The notes under the pieces are model-generated. The model was not told where the DNA came from and did not search any database. It saw nothing but the letters and a program-made list of their open reading frames with translations. DNA of 64,000 bases, taken from Macrostomum lignano. Lineage: Eukaryota. Location of the stretch: positions 158,065 to 222,064 of the forward strand of contig NIVC01001915.1 of assembly GCA_002269645.1 (NCBI GenBank), in the 5' to 3' direction. Position 1 is the first letter of the stretch; every line of letters begins with the position of its first letter. The translations under genes were made by a program, and so were the position numbers. This document shows positions 61,300 through 64,000 of the stretch, piece after piece.

Positions 61300-62737
61300 A
61301 TGGAAGCAGCTCCTCCCATCGCTGTGCGCTTTAGTGCAACAATTCGTGGGAAGCGCAAAGCAGCCTGCGAAGGCTACTACTTTACACTTGAAAGAACTAG
61401 CCTGGTCGACGAAGAGGTGTCATTTTGGCAGTGTGAAGAACGGCGCTTGGGATCATGTCCTGCTCGAATCCACATCCGGAATGGCTTTAAAGTGCGACAG
61501 CTGAATGACCACAATCACGGACCTGACGGCTCTCGATTCCAAGTTCTTGAGGCTCTTCGGGAGATTAAATCGGATGCCAGGAACACCGTGAATTCGACGG
61601 CAAATATCGTCATGGAACACACAAATGGGCTGTCTGAGTGTGCAGGCATAGCCCTTCCATCTCAAAGCGCATTAAAGCGGCAAGTTCAAGATGTTCGTCA
61701 AACGCACCAAGGTCTTCCAGTACAGCCGCTCAACGAGCCGAGCTCATTATACCTGAAGAATTTCAATTCAACAACGGAGCACTGTTTCTGCTGCATGACT
61801 CCGGACAGGACAACAATCGAATTTTAATCTTCGGTAGCGAGGATAACATTCAAGCCCTGCAATTGGCGACAGATTTCTTCTCGGACGGCACATTCGATGC
61901 CTCGCCGCCACTGTTCGCTCAACTGGTGACAGTGCATGCCGAACTTCAAGGCTTCATAAGACCACTCATCTACGCATTGCTACCCAACAAGACCGAAGCA
62001 ACGTACTGTCGATTTTACGAGGCTCTGCATCAATTGGCGCCGAACATGAGGCCACTTCGCTGGATGTCAGATTTTGAGCGAGCTAACATGAATGCTGTTC
62101 AGCATGTCTTTGGCATCGAGTCAACAGGCTGTCTATTTCACCTCGTTCAGTGCGTGTACAGAAGAGCAGTTGCTGAGGGATTAAAGCGTCAGATTGAAGA
62201 AGATGGCGAGATGTCCGTCTGGCTGCGTTGCCTTTCTGCTTTGGCCTTTGTGCCTATTAATAGTGTTCCAGCAGCATTTGATGAGTTAATAATGCTGCCT
62301 GACTTTCCTGCGGAGATGGCTTCAACAGCAGACTATTTTGAAGCCCAGTGGGTCGGCCATCGACTTCCTGGCGGAGGAAGACGGCAGCCTCGATTCTCAC
62401 CTTCAATTTGGAATGTTCGTGAGCGAACTTTGAATGGACTTCATCGCACGAACAACGCAGTTGAAGCCTGGCATAGGAGGTTCCAGTCAATTCTGGGTTG
62501 CAGCAATCCGAATGTTTTTCGGCTCATGAAGGACCTCAAAAAGGAAGTCGAACACCAGGCACTGCTGATGCAGCGAGCCAACGCTGTGAAGCACCGAAGG
62601 AGCGGAAGAGATACGTGCAGAGCAACGCGATGCTTCTTCGCGTCACGCAGCGTTGGAACGTCGAAGGTGGCGGTCTGCCTGCTGACTTTCCTTTGCGTTC
62701 CTACCTGAGGGGCATCGCTCACCATTTGAAGAAGTGA
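61300..62737 (+). pseudogene. FLYWCH + MULE DDE transposase with two -1 frameshifts (~61728, ~62585)
   Basis: Frame 1: GKRKAACEGYYF...FWQCEERRLGSCPARI...NDHNH (FLYWCH). Frame 3: FSDGTF, PLIYALLPNKTEATY, MSDFE, GCLFHLVQ, RTNNAVEAWH. Frame 2: RKRYVQSN...YLRGIAHHL*. Confidence 0.9.
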
Positions 62738-64000
62738 TCTGATTGACAACGGTAGCTATCCTTACAATTTTGGTTTCTTGCTGCACTACACTAAGAAGCA
62801 ATAAATTTAATATTCTGTGCTCTAGTTTCATTGTGGCCTATATAATAAATAGTTCCCGCTTCCATGGGATTCGCAAAGGCATTCACTTTGTGCACTTTAA
62901 ACCCTCGTATTTAGCACTGCGGTTGCTTCTAGTTTCTGAAATTTGGTTAGGTCAGAGAAGTTCAGTGAACCCACAGTCTTCTGCCTACATAACAACTCAC
63001 CCCTCCTCCCCATTCCCTTCCCTTCCTCTTGTAGGTTGCCATTGTAACTGTATCACTGAATGCTTTTGTTGCCATGTACTCCGTCATCCACCTGTTCCTG
63101 TCTTGCGATGCACAGTAAATGTTAACAATTGGTCAATCATTTTCATATTGTTTTCATTATTGCTCAATCAAAAGTTATCGTTAAGCGAATGCAAAGTGAA
63201 AAATGCAGTAGAGTACAAAGTTGTTTTAAGTAATTGAACCCAAGGACTTGATTGAAAGGGAATGAATAGGGAAGGATCAAATGGATGTGCTGGCGCTGCA
63301 CATCGGAAGATTTGCTCCTTTGGGGTGCTAAATTCCGTTAATGTGTGAGCTAAGTAGAGTGAAAATTGCTAATTTACCTACTGCAATTCATTTTCGCTTG
63401 TATTATGCATGCATAGTGATTGTACAATCGCTGTTGAACCTGTTAATTCGCAATTAATGCCAATGATACCTACAGCCTCACCATCTTTTGACTTGCGACG
63501 CTTAAATACCTTGTTCTACTTTTTGCCAAGTGAATGTACAAAAATAGCTATTGTATTGTGCGGTTCTGTCAAGGGAAAAATAAAGTCATTACCTTATTAA
63601 AATATGCGACAAGCTATGTGAGCTGCTCCACCAGCAAAAAATTGCTGCTACAAAAGATTATAGAACAGGCTACAGTAATTTAGCAGAAAGGAAATTTGAG
63701 GTGTCTGCGGAATGCCAAAGAAATATCTTATGCATTTGCGGCAGTAAAAGTTTCAGATTCACACGGTTGAAATCTGGCAGGTAAATAATTTCGATAAGTA
63801 TAAGTCGATTTTTGCAAGATTAAAACTGCATTGCGGGAAAATCTCTGCGGGCAAATCTCTGCGGGCAAATCTCGACGGGAAAATCTCGACGGGAAAATCT
63901 CGACGGGAAATCTCTGCGGGAAAATCTCGACGGCAAATCTCGACGGGCAAATCTCGACGGGCAAATCTCGACGGGCAAATCTCCTGCGGGCAGAATGCAC

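Larger units (their letters stand above)
59866..64000 (+). mobile_element. Mutator-like (Phantom-type) DNA transposon with long, internally repetitive TIRs; right end runs off the window
   Basis: 59970-60374 is the reverse complement of 63629-64000. TIRs contain tandem 14-bp GAGATTTGCCCGTC/GCAG units. The interior encodes FLYWCH + MULE transposase. Confidence 0.88.

Overview
Eukaryotic (metazoan) genomic DNA with GT-AG introns. The gene content and extreme minisatellite load suggest an invertebrate such as a macrostomid flatworm, but that is inference. Six host genes lie on the minus strand: a vesicular GABA/glycine transporter (VGAT/SLC32A1-like), an Ajuba/LIMD1/WTIP-type 3-LIM protein, an intronless class A GPCR, a mitochondrial-type isoleucyl-tRNA synthetase (5 exons, ~1002 aa), a PICALM/AP180 ANTH clathrin adaptor (7 exons, ~516 aa), and an EF-hand mitochondrial ATP-Mg/Pi carrier (SLC25A24/25-like, 5' end not in view). 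I checked exon phases by hand. Mobile elements, with the three oriented ones (Merlin, MULE, SINE) on the plus strand: an intact Merlin (IS1595/ISXO2-like) transposase in PICALM intron 1, a FLYWCH-MULE (Phantom-like) element with ~500 bp TIRs and a candidate nested hAT-like MITE, a tRNA-Met-headed CORE-like SINE, and a 3-copy unidentified repeat. The most distinctive feature is about 30 unrelated minisatellite arrays, most starting within ~5-150 bp of a splice site or stop codon. One array is ~25 tandem copies of the gene's own 5' splice site. Another fills a stop-free, in-frame intron. Most ORF-track entries are translations of these repeats or antisense shadows of real exons. Repeat boundaries are approximate.
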